64,000 bases of DNA. Origin: Selaginella moellendorffii (lineage: Eukaryota > Plantae > Lycopodiophyta). Where the stretch lies: contig NW_003314277.1 in the NCBI RefSeq assembly GCF_000143415.4, positions 197,183-261,182 of the forward strand, given 5' to 3'. Below, piece after piece: positions 25,101 to 36,900 of the stretch (positions within the stretch are counted from its first letter, which is position 1; each line of letters starts with the position of its first letter). A program made the position numbers and the translations under genes. A model generated the notes under the pieces. That model was not told where the DNA came from, did not search any database, and worked only from the letters and a program-made list of their open reading frames with translations.

Positions 25101-25691
25101 CCACAACCCCCCCCCCGTGAGGAACACATGCTTTAGGCTTTCACCCCAAGCCTCCTTTAGTATCAGGAGTTAGTCTTTGGGATAAGCTTGACACTTACTA
25201 AATATGGAATATCCTAAATTTCGAATTGGATATGAGATGAACACCATTGTGTTCAAAATAATCTCTACATTCTGTAGATATGCCAAATGAGCAAATCTGG
25301 ACACTTTCCATACATAGTATTTAGCACCGAAATGAGACTAACATAAAGGGCATGATAGCGAGGGTGTTTGGCAAACACGGTAAACTATCATCTAGTGAAT
25401 ATTGAGGGACCAATTTTAATATCGTGGGGGTTCTCAACACTAGCAAGTGCAAGTTAACGAATGAGTTTCTTTAACCAAGTTTAGTATGCATGACTAATAG
25501 CATTTAAGAATTTTATCCTTATGCTCATCTAGTCAAGTGCACACGCGAAGACCAATTTCTCAACTAATTTAGGTGGAGACTGATAAAAGACCCAACAATA
25601 CCAACCTCCTGCCGTTGTGGTCGTAAGGAAAGAATATCTAAAAGGACTAGCCGATAGGTAACTTTCGATACCCGAAGTCACATTCATGACA
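16104..25691 (-). mobile_element. Older, internally deleted family B element: internal 16104-17315, 5' LTR split as 17316-17805 plus 25071-25691
   Basis: Degenerate PBS before TGTAGCGCAC at 17316. The two LTR halves are colinear with the intact B LTR on either side of the nested copy. Confidence 0.85.
17806..25065 (-). mobile_element. Non-autonomous LARD-like LTR element (family B): LTRs 17806-18962 and 23930-25065, ~5-kb non-coding interior
   Basis: TSD CCTAC at 17801-17805 and 25066-25070. PBS minus TGGTATCAGCGG 23916-23927. PPT minus GGGGGGGAGAA 18963-18973. No recognisable gag/pol ORF. Confidence 0.92.
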
Positions 25692-27424
25692 CAATTATAC
25701 TGAGTGTGAGTTTGAGGTTTCTCCCCCTTATTTCATACTTCCTAATATTTCTTCCATTCCTCTCACTTTTGTATTTCTTTCTCTCTTTGCTTCTACTTCT
25801 TCTTCAATTACTTTTGTTTCCCCCTTACCTCCTCCTAAGTTTCTATCTTGTTCCTCTCCTTCTTTTTCTGATCCCTTTGACGATCTTTGTGTTGAAGTGG
25901 TTGACCAACTCATGAAGGAGTATGCCAATCTCTTTGAATTTGACCTATCATCTAAAGCTAAGATTGCTACATGCCATCGGGGATGCTTATCCAATCAAGA
26001 TTCCTATTCATCATTAGTCACCCAAAGTGATTAAAATTTTACATACAAATATCAAAAAGATGTTGGAAAAGGGAAATATTCAAAAGTCGGAGTCTTTGGG
26101 TATGTGAACCTCATCTTATAAAGAAGTCTGATGGGAGTATTCATTTCTACATTAACTATCATCCATTAAACGAAGTGACAATCCCAAATGTGTACATTCT
26201 TCCTCACACTACTAATCTCTTGGATAATTTAGTGAGAAGTCGTTAGTTCACTAAATTAGATCTTGCTTTTGGGTACTAGCAAGTACTGATGGCCAAAAAA
26301 AATATTCCTAAGATTGTTATTCATACACCATTTGGTTTGTATGAGTTTTTGGTAATATTGTTTGGTTTGAACAATGCTCCAACAACTTTTTAATGGATGA
26401 TGGACAAGGTTCTTTACAATATGCCAGAGGTGATTGCTGATTTCATTGATGATGTCTTAATCCACTCGAAGGGGGCATGAGAGGAATATGTTCATGATGT
26501 TTGTAAGGTGTTAGATCGACTATGGGAAGTTGGTTTAAAGCTGAAACTGTCGAAGTGTGTGTTTAGGTTCTTATCTTGGGTACTGTATTTCTCGTAAAGG
26601 TTTACAAGTTGATTTTAATAAACTTATGGGTGTTCTAAAGTTTTTTACTCCAAAGTGTGTGAAATGATGTGTAGCACTTCTTAGGCAAGGTTTAATATCT
26701 CGGTCATTTTGTTGATTATTTTTCTAATCACACTACACCGTTGTAAGTATTGCTGAAGTCGTCAACGTTATCTTTCATCTGGTTTGTAGACTATGAGTGG
26801 GTGTTTTTGGATCACAAAGAGCTATTGATGACTCCTCCAATTTTGACATCTTTTGACTACATTTGACTTTTCATTTTGCACATAAATGCTTTTGATATTG
26901 ATCTTGAAGGTATGTTGATGCAAAAAAGCCCGAGTGTGCCTAGTTAGTGCCATCCCATTGCATATATTAGTCATGAATTACAACTAACAGAGGTGAACTA
27001 TTCCACAATAGAGAAGGAATGTTTAGCAACAATTTAAGGTTTCAAGAAACTATATATATATCTATATAGTTTTCAGATGTTATTAGAAGGTGATTATACT
27101 ATAGTTACTTCATTTTTGAAATGGAAGAACTTGGTTGGTTATATTGCTTAGTTATATTGCTTGATGGGCTTTGAAACTTCAAATATATAGTTTTGATATT
27201 ATTCATCGCTTGAAGAGTTTTATGGCTGATGCTGATGCTCTTTCTCGAGCTCCTCTTCCTTCTTCACTCTTTTTTTTATGTTTTTGATGAACTTGTTATT
27301 CTAGCATCTATAGATTATTTGGATAAGGATTCCGACAATTGGTATTTTTGACGTTCAATATCCATAGGTGTAAAGTAAGATTTATTTTCTCTTGATGAGG
27401 TTTGTGAGGCTAAAAAGATTGAGC

Positions 27425-28017
27425 TGTAAGCTCCTGAGTTTGGACTTCCCAAGAGGTCACCTAGCCCAGTACTATTCACACCCAAGGACGCTTAACCCCA
27501 AATATCCCAAGACCCTTAACCGTTTGGAAAAGGGGGTGCACTCTTGTTTATAGGCCCTTTACCTCTATATTTGAACCCTATGGATCGTCTCTCGAGTCGT
27601 TCCCTTTGGTTGCTTACAATCCACCACGCTTCCCTGCAAGTTCATGCCCTCGTAAATGGAAGCTGAGAGCCGTAACTCTCCCGAGAGCCTCGCTCTCTTG
27701 ACACCCTGCCCCTCGGGTCGAGCCCAGCGGGAGAAAACTGGACTAGCCAGATGTCAATCAACATGTGGTGTGATTCCCTTAACCAACCAACAGAGTCGGA
27801 CCCAAGACCACTTCAATACCAAATGTAAGCTCCTGAGTTTGGACTTCCCAGGAGGTCACCCAGCCCAGTACTATTCACACCCAAGGACGCTTAACCCCAA
27901 ATATCCCAAGACCTTTAACCGTTTGGACAAGGGGGTGCACTCTTGTTCATGGGCCCTTTCCCTCTATATTTGAACCCCATGGATCGTTTCTCGAGTCGTT
28001 CCCTTTGGTTGCTTACA
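27425..28017 (-). mobile_element. Cassandra-type TRIM (5S-rRNA-containing LTRs 27425-27618 and 27824-28017, 194 bp each)
   Basis: TSD TGAGC at 27420-27424 and 28018-28022. Degenerate Met PBS near 27810-27821, PPT near 27619-27629. Each LTR carries a 5S internal-promoter segment. Confidence 0.92.
27841..27895 (-). ncRNA. 5S rRNA-derived segment (A box, IE, C box) in the Cassandra LTR; second copy 27442-27496
   Basis: Minus GTTAAGCGTCCTTGGGTGTGAATAGTACTGGGCTGGGTGACCTCCTGGGAAGTCC matches plant 5S GTTAAGCGTGCTTGGGCGAGAGTAGTACTAGGATGGGTGACCTCCTGGGAAGTCC (recalled consensus). Confidence 0.9.
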
Positions 28018-30063
28018 TGAGCTATGGATTCGAAGGATTTGTGATGAGTTTGAGATTCTTGCATCACTTGCCAATGATTTGCCATTTCGACATTTATATT
28101 CTCAATATCACCTTAAGGATGGTCTTCTTTATTTTTTGGGGACGAATCCTGATAATCATTTACAACTAGTGGTGTCTTCAATCTTTATTCCATGCTTTCT
28201 CCTCACGTATCATGATTCTCTTATTTTAGGTGGGCATATAGGACATTGTTGTATGACCAAGAAATTGTGTAGGTCTTTTTATTGATCAAAGATGCGACGT
28301 GATATTATCCGGTATGAGCGTAGTTACATTTGGTGTCAAATTCGTAATACTCCCCCTTGTGCTGCGGAAGGACAGTTGGAGTCAATTGCAATTTCTTGTC
28401 TATTTGAGTTGGTGGCATTTGATTTGATGGGACATTTTCCACACGGACTAGCAATGAATATGTCATTATTGTTTTTGACTACTTGACTCGCTATGTGAAA
28501 GTCAGTGCTCTTACTAGCTCATCTGCAATTGCTATTAAATACTTTTTTTTTAATCAAGTGGTGTTCCAACATTCTTGTTTGGAGTGGATTCTTTCAGATA
28601 ATAGTCCCATATTTATAGCTAAGGCATTTCACATTTTGATATCTCGGTTGGGGATATGCCACACTTTCAAGAGTGTTTATCCTTCACAGTTAAACGGTTT
28701 TGTGGAACATCTCATTCAGACTTCAAAGGGATGATCGTGAAGTATATGAACTTTCAGCATTCGGATTGGGATGGTTATTTGCCGTCTCTTCGGTATGCGT
28801 ATATCACAGGGGTGCAAAGTTTTATTGGTGCTTCACCATATAAACTCCTATATAGTTATGATTTAATATTCCCAACGGAGTTGGGTTTACTTTCATAATT
28901 GCCGGGGGCTACCAATGCTAGGTTATGGGATTAGTATTTGATATACATTCTTCCACTTGTCTAAACAAAGTCTATTGAACATCTGGGCCACATACAAATG
29001 GGACAATAATGACGCTATAACTTCTATCATCATCCACCTGTAGAGTATAAAGAGGATAATTTGGTGTTAATCTGTTTTCCCTATCTTACAGTATGTGGTT
29101 TATCTAGGAGGCTCTTTACTAAGTGGAAAGGTCCATATTGGGTGTTGCAGCAAGTTGGACCACAAGTTTATAATGTTTGGCATGACATCTAGTAGAAATT
29201 ATCACCAAGAGAGTGAGAGAGAGGGAATATTCTAGTCCTCAGAATATTCCCCATCTTCCTTGTATAAAACAACTAAAATGCTTTGTACAAAGGGATTAGG
29301 AATAATTAACATCACATATAAATCCGCTAATGCCTCCTCCTGATATTCCTCTATATCCTAGCCAATCCACAAGAGAACCCTAACGGTCTTCCATCATTCT
29401 AAGAGGAGGGGATAATATCAAGTCTAAGTGTATGGTTATGATGTTGTATGTTAATATTAGCATAATGAATTTTGGTAGCTATTGAATTGGTTTCAATCTG
29501 GACCACTTGATCCTGTATATAAACTAGGGTTTTTGGGCTAATTGATATGCTATTTTCTATATTCTCTTTCTATATTCCATACACTCATACCTCTAATTTA
29601 AAATGTAAATTTATATTAAATTTATTATTATTATATAAAATCCCTATTATAAGAAATGCCATATATTATTTTAGATATAATTTATAAATAAATAAGTATT
29701 TATCCTATATCAAATTCAAGCACAATACCAATATCTAATCCTTTTTCAATGTCATAAACATCTCATGTTTAGTCATTGCAGGGTAATGAATTCAAAGTTT
29801 AACCTTTGGATATATCCCAAGAAGTATATAATATATAAAACATAAATGCTTGCAAGGGATGAAAGATCTACCAAAAGTGTGATATTGAAAGAAGTATATG
29901 TAAGTGCAACTTGGGAATTGGTTAATTATGATGTTGTAAACCTTCTCATTTATATTATTTCCATAATTGAGAATTGTATATTCATGATAACGATATTGTT
30001 ACTTAATATTGACACTCTTAACTTCCACCTTCAACTATAATGTTTTTGAGTGTATTGCCATTG

Positions 30064-30737
30064 TGTAGCGCATGTGATCATGGGATGAGATTTGGATATA
30101 CTGTCACCGTGGATCCTTGGAACCTTGGGGGATAAATGGGGATAAAATAGCCACTAAGGGCTCTCTCATCAAGCAATTGCCCCTTTTCCAGTTGGCTTAA
30201 GGGGAGAGAGATAAGGTGCGCTACAGTTGGTATCGGAGCAAATGGCACGGGTTCGATTCCCATTGATTAGTGGCTACTTAAAAGTATATTATACCCTTGA
30301 GCAAGGTATATTCCTACCCCTAAATTTGAAATCGTACGTATTGGGCATCCATTCGTACGTCCTTCCTCTTGTGTAGAGTATCCACGGACGAAGGTATCCA
30401 CCGTGGGACTGCGGTACGGGTGGATGACTAGTTGCCTCACATGGAATAGCTGGTCTACACAATGGAAGGATTGGTATATTGAGTGTGGAAATGGAGGTGC
30501 TGGTTCCCCTCGGCTCAGTAGGGGTTGTTAGTCAATAGTCAATGAGGACATTGACATCTCTGAAGGGGGGGTGAGTGTAGCGCATGTGATCATGGGATGA
30601 GATTTGGATATACTGTCACCGTAGATCCTTAGAACCTTGGAGGATAAATGGGGATAAAATAGCCACTAAGGGCTCTCTCATCAAGCAATTGCCCCTTTTC
30701 CAGTTGGCTTAAGGGGAGAGAGATAAGGTGCGCTACA
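30064..30737 (+). mobile_element. TRIM (674 bp): 162-bp LTRs 30064-30225 and 30576-30737
   Basis: TGTAGCGCA...TGCGCTACA termini, TSD CATTG, PBS TGGTATCGGAGC, PPT GAAGGGGGGGTGAG, non-coding interior. Confidence 0.95.
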
Positions 30738-33309
30738 CATTGCTTCCCTTGACAAAGTATTTGTAATTTTTATATGTTTTTTGTTTTCAGAACTTCTTAA
30801 GAATAGTGTTGAGGTTGAGTTTATAGATGTGGCTATAATGTATTCTTTTCAAATTTAAAGCCTACTTCAACCAAAGTCTAAAGCTCCAAATTCATCAAGT
30901 TCAACTCTTCTTCAATTAGCCAAGTATATGGTACATGTTCAGGTTTTTGGATAATCTATGTTACCACAAACCATTTAAACAAACAAACTTGAACTTTTAT
31001 TAGATAGAACCACATAAACTGATCACAATGCTATGGAGAATCACTATATTGTCATCGTCCCCAAAAACAAAATGTTGGAGTGTCTAAAGTTCCTATGGCA
31101 ATATGCTTACCACATAATTTTCCTCTAATCTAAGCAAGATACTTGACTGCAAATCTTACTCTAGTTTAATGTGTAGCCCACTCAATATTATAAATCTTTT
31201 GTTCTTTGACTTGAAAACACTTAAATTCTTGGTTGCTTAGAAGCATTGGTCCTCCTTGTTCTCTAATAATATACTCATACTCATAATGGAGCGAATCTAT
31301 TGATTGCATTAGCTCATTTGCTCATCGCTTCCTTTTGATAGTTTTAAGATTTCCAATTGGTTTTGTTGCAGATTAAATTCCAAAATCATCTAAAGCTGAT
31401 CCCATTACCTTTATGAGCTTATGACTACGAAGTTATATCAATGTTATAGTAGATAAGTGTGCCACCAAATTCACAAGATTCAGTCCATTTTTTATAACAT
31501 AGGCTTTCATATAGCTTGTTGTAAAATAAAAATGACCAAGTCATTTTAGCAAGCTTTAAATAAAAGTACATGTTTAGAGCCATATGTTTTGCTAACCATA
31601 TTGCACAGTAATTCTTAGTGAGATTTGTTGTTGGAATTTGGGCAACAATTGTTTTAGAACTCACCTACAATAGAAAGAGAATTAATGTAAAAAATCAATA
31701 TTAATACTTGAGAAATTATTACAGTCAACCAATGTAGAAAAGGAGTAAATTATCATGCCAGCTAAGTCTGTAGATCTGGAATTGCTTTCTTATAAGTATT
31801 ATCTCTAGCCCACCATAAACATATGAATTTATATTGTTTTTTACATCTTTTAAAGTGTTTATAGCTTTTAAACTCTGGCACAATTGCTTATGCTCATCAC
31901 AATATTTAACTCAAATGCATTTCTTCATGTGTTCATGTAGACACTACTCCCAATGGAAAAAGCAACTCCTCTCTCAGCCAACTAAAACCTTGTTTAGACC
32001 ATTATTATAAAGAATTTTAATATTGCTTGCACTTCATCACTCATAAAGCCATAAAATATTGGTGGTGTTAAAGATTTTACCCTAATTTAGTATGTTTTTT
32101 TTTAGTAATGTTTAAAAAGAATTAAACTGCTATATCTTCTCTTTTCATTTCATAAACAACTATCACCATTAAGGATTATGCTCTATATAAAATAACATTA
32201 TTATTATAATAACTAAATAAATGCATATTTACCTTGGATCATACATAGTGGTAGTCATTGTAGACTATTCAAGAATCTTATATGTATGATCAAAGCACAC
32301 CCAAAAATATTGCAAATCTATACTTAGTTACATCTGCATAATGAGATCAACTCCACTTCTAATACCATCCACCTACATTTTAAAAACATGATATTATTCT
32401 TCAACTTCAACTTGGATTAATCCTAGAAAAATAATGTTTTTGGAAGAATTTGTAGCTAAACTCATTTTTAAACTTTACAACTATATCAAAACTTGAGGAC
32501 TTCTCAAAAAAAAAGAGAGATTTCCTTATGAAATTTTCTATTACAGTTCACATTTTGCAAAGTTATTTTAAAGTGAGTATAAAAAAAATATTTCAAACTG
32601 ATTAGATTTTACTTTCATTTATTGGTAAGTGCTAAAAAATTATTTAGTGCTTTACTCAATTGTTGGGGTGAAAGTGTCATAAGGTTTGAAACTAATGAGC
32701 TAAAAAAGTAAAAGTTTATGTATCACCACTCTCAGATTTCCTCTACTAGTGAACCTTGAGCAAGTAAATTTTTTTTTTAATCTTTTTTGTGCTCACTTAT
32801 TGAATAATTTTCTAAACTTGGTTATTTTTTACTTCCCTTTGGCTTCATCAGAACTACTAAGGGGGCTAATTAAGAAATATGACCATAATGATCCAACCCG
32901 ATTTTATTTTAGTGTTAGTCTTACAAATGAATTTTGTGTGTTGGTGTTTAACTTTTGCAACGACATCACAAACAATTAAGATGGCAAAGGTGTTTTCTCG
33001 AGCTCACTTTGTTTTAATCGAAGACTACATACTGGAGTCACAAACAAGCTGGGGTTTCAAAGGCAAAAAGCAAATATGTTTAAAGTTCTTGTGTTTCTTG
33101 ATTAGTAATTGATTTTGCAATATAAATCAAAACTATTTCAATGTTATTATTCTGCAAAAGAATGGAAGTAGGGGAAAAAGTGGTTTTGTTTTTGAACCTT
33201 TCGTCAAATCTCCTCCAACATGAACTAGCCAACATTGCTATAAATGACATTTAAAGTTTGGTAAGTTATTTCTTTTTAAACAAGAAAATACCTCTAATAT
33301 TTTCTATAG

Positions 33310-33484
33310 ATGACCTCTTTTGCAAAAGTAAGAAGCTTTGGCAAACATGGTTGTGCAATGCCTTTGCCGTAAAGGTGGTTGTATCCTTGACTTCTTCAAT
33401 GGCACAAGGGCTTTCTTGATTGTTACTCAACACAATAGTTGCAATGCCTTTGGACTAGATTGTGATCCTGACATTGTGCAATAA
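33310..33484 (+). pseudogene. Decayed exon resembling the C-terminal SAM-binding half of a beta-class N4C/N6A DNA methyltransferase
   Basis: Manual translation *PLLQK*EALANMVVQCLCRKGGCILDFFNGTRAFLIVTQHNSCNAFGLDCDPDIVQ* resembles HPxQKPxxL...GxxVLDPFxGSG...GxExD. Preceded by a GT-AG intron 33261-33309. Confidence 0.55.
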
Positions 33485-33908
33485 TTTCATCACGTTATTA
33501 TGAAGAAAACTCCTAATGATATGCCATTCTATGCAAAGGTTGTAATTGAGTTTATGGAGAGGCATCCAGAACATTATAACATGTGTGTTAAGAAAGAGTC
33601 AACTTTTATATCAAAGCTCATTAATGATCATGTACAAAAGAAGAAAAAAGAAAAACAAAAAAGGTGAGACAGAAGTAGAAAGCAACTTAATTCTTATATA
33701 TATATGGATTGTGTATGGATTTGAGTTAAAATTTATTGTATTTATAATAATATTTAATATTATATAATAGTTTATAGTTAAAACATAAAGTCTATGTTTA
33801 TCAAATTGTTTTCGTCCTTGGAATCGAGCTCCAGATCTGAGAGCTAGTTAAAAAATGGAGCTGAAGAAAAAAAATTGTTCAAGCTCTAGGGCTCGTCGCC
33901 CTCCCGCA

Positions 33909-36900
33909 ATGGTGAGCGCGCGATTGCTGATGTCCAATCGGCCGGGCCGCCATTCGGTTCTCTCAGCTGCTGCCGCGCGTAGGGGCATTGGCGCCGGAAT
34001 CAGACGCTCCTCTTCGATTTTCATGGCAATGCCGTCTCGAAGAGGAAGTCTCACAACATTGTGTTCGGGATCCAAGAATCTGGGGCCCGGGATCACGGCA
34101 GAGCCTTCCTGACACGAACCACAGGAATATTCCGAGAATATTCCATGGCCTGTGGGATTTAAGGCCGTAACGCCTTAAGGGTTGGGAGGTTGGCCTAGGG
34201 TTCACTCTCTTGTTCGTTTCATTGGTATCGGAGCAACACGTTCTTTTGGGGATGGCGGGAGAGCAAGATATTGATCCTGATGAGGAGTATGGCGTTAGTG
34301 ATGATAGCCATGACGATGCGGAAGAGACTCTTGATGATGTTGTTCTGCGGCAAGGACACCAGATTTCTGCGGTTCAGAGCGACATAAAAGAGGTTAAGGA
34401 TTCTGTCAATCTCATTAAGGATTTCTTGTTTCACATGGACCCTCAAGGATTGAATCGATCTCATGTCCATGATTACCATTGGTACGTCAAGCATGCCAAG
34501 GATTATGGTATTATGGAATGGAAATCATCACCGGATGTTTGTGATAGTCAAGAGGTTAATTTTTGGTTGGAATTGTGGGAAAGTTGTTAGTCTCACAATC
34601 CTTGTGAGGATAAGGTGAAGATAGATTTCTTTGTGACGAAGCTTACGGGCCATGCTTCTTCGTGGTGGAAGAACTACATCAAAGCTAATCCAAAGCCGAC
34701 TTCTTGGACTGATTTGACAAAGGTTTTCCACGCTTCGTTTGTCAAGAAGTTTGAAGAGGTTGATCTCGTGAATCAATTGTTAGAGATCTGGCAGGGGACT
34801 TTGTCTTTGGATGTATATGCCCGCAAGTTCCGTGATCTTTGCCTTAGTCTCACGGGCACCTACAATGAGTTGCTAAAGGTGCAATGTTTTATCAAAGGAT
34901 TGAGCTCGGTGGATGTGCAGTAAAAGGTCAAGAAGGATTTTCTAGCAACATTGACTGATGCTATCACTAAGGCTCAGATCTTTTCGCCCGAACCGTCAGT
35001 CAACTCGGTCAACTCTGGTCAACGAGATAGTCCACGGAGTAGTCAACATGATGACCAGCTTGCTAATTCTTCATATTCAAGGAAGAAACGGTCGTTATTC
35101 CGTTGTGGCTCGAAGCATGAAGATGGCAGTGAAGCTAAGAAACTTCGTTTGGACCAGCGAGAGAAAGACAAGGCGGAGGGCAATTGTTTTTGTTGCCATA
35201 GAGCTGGACATCAGAGCAAGGATTGTTCTGAAGGGGTCAATGAATGATAAGGTGACTGTGGTGGAAATTATAGGCAATGATGTGAGTGATAGTGCTTTTG
35301 AGGCCGTATTGCTTCAAGTTAGGCATTCTCTCGCCTTCATGAGCCACAAGTTTGATGTCACACAACAGAATTGACCTACTCAAGAATGGCGACATTATCT
35401 ATATGGATCGGACTTCTATATAGTTTCAGATCATCAGTCTCTTCAGATGTGGATCTTCGAGGCCGCCTTGCTCATTGGCAAGAGTTCCTGCAGGAAATGT
35501 TTGTTAAGATCCGGTACAAGCATGGAGGTGACAATAAGGTGGTTGATGTGTTATCCAGGATGGTAAATTCTATCCCGTTCGTGAAGCTATCCAGCGATCT
35601 CTTGGATGAGCTTAAGGAGTTTGTTGACTTCGACTCCTTTATCACTGATATTCGCGCGAAGGTTTTGTTGAGGGACGCCTCTATAGATTTGAAGGGTGAC
35701 AAGTTTGCGTCATTCGAAATACAAGATGGAATCCTGGTGAAGAAAGGACATGTAGTGGTTCCTCATGTTGACAAACTCATCAAACGGATTTTGGTTGAGT
35801 GTCATCATGTGCCAAGTGCTGGGCATCCGGGGGTATTGAGAACGTATATGTTGATGAAGAGGCATTTCTTTTGGCCTGGGATGAAGTCAGATGTTGAGAA
35901 GTACGTACGTGGTTGCTTGACCTGCCAAGCAGTTAAAGTTGATCATCAGAAGCTCGCTAGCCTCTATCATCCTTTACGTGTACCCGAGAATAAGTGGGAT
36001 AGCATCTCAATGGACTTTATCACTGGTTTGCCCAAAACCTTTCGAGGAAATGATGCTATTTGGGTTGTTGTGGATTGTTTGACGAAGATGGCTCATTTTT
36101 TCCCTGTGAAGACAATGATAAAAACTTCTGAACTTGCTCAGTTGTTTGTAGACCGGTTATTCAGTCTCTATGGTTTGTCGGGTGACATTGTGAGTGATCG
36201 GGATCCTAAGTTCACGTCCAAGTTTTGGCAAACGGTCTTTGAAAAACTAGAGACTAAACTGAGCATGAGTAGTGGTGAGCATCCACAATCTGATGGGCAG
36301 ACAGAGCGCATGAATCAGCTATTAGAAGATATGCTACGGTCTTTTGTGGGAAACTTGATTCGATAGGGAGTATGGGAAAAATACTTACCTTTGCTTCAGT
36401 TTGCTCACAATAGCGCTCATCAATCGGCTATTGGCATGTCTCCTTTTATGGCGATATATGGCTATGAGCCTAGGTCTCCTGTGAGTTTGAATTTGGCTTT
36501 GGTTCGGGTTCCTCATGCTTGTGATTTCCTGGAGGATATGCAAGACAAGCTTGAGTTGGCAAAATTGAACATGAGGCAAGCTCAAGAACGAGACAAAAGA
36601 TTGGCTGATGAGCATCGTCGTCATCAAGAGTACAAAGTTGGTGACAAGGTTTTCCTTAAGCTGTCAGATGCACAACGATCTCTAAAAGGAAGTGGTAGTG
36701 CTAAGTTGTCCCCACGGTATTGTGGGCCTTGGACAATTTTACAACGTGTGGGGGATCTTGCATACACTTTGGATTTGCCAGTTAGTTCGAAGATTCATCC
36801 AACATTCCATGTGAGCAAGCTTAAAGTGTGTTTGCACTCTGGTGATATCGTGGATCAGTCCATCATCCAGGTTCCAGAGATTGATGCAGAGAAGGCTAGT

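Larger units (their letters stand above)
25900..29415 (+). pseudogene. Heavily decayed gypsy pol (RT, RNase H, integrase) interrupted by Cassandra
   Basis: Remnants DLAFGY, FGLNNAP, FIDDVLI, EKECLA, GGHIG, DLMG, KWKGPY with many stops and frameshifts. Purine tract AAGAGGAGGGG at 29401. Confidence 0.8.

Noticed and set aside
25706-25994. Leu/Phe-rich and Glu/Lys-rich ORFs
   Set aside because: CT-rich low-complexity part of the decayed gypsy element.
30160-30180. Hammerhead ribozyme (retrozyme) core in the TRIM LTR (minus TTGATGAG)
   Set aside because: No CTGANGA plus stem II plus GAAA arrangement.
34588-36366. Introns or programmed readthrough in element D
   Set aside because: The breaks are single in-frame stop codons without inserted sequence, consistent with point decay.
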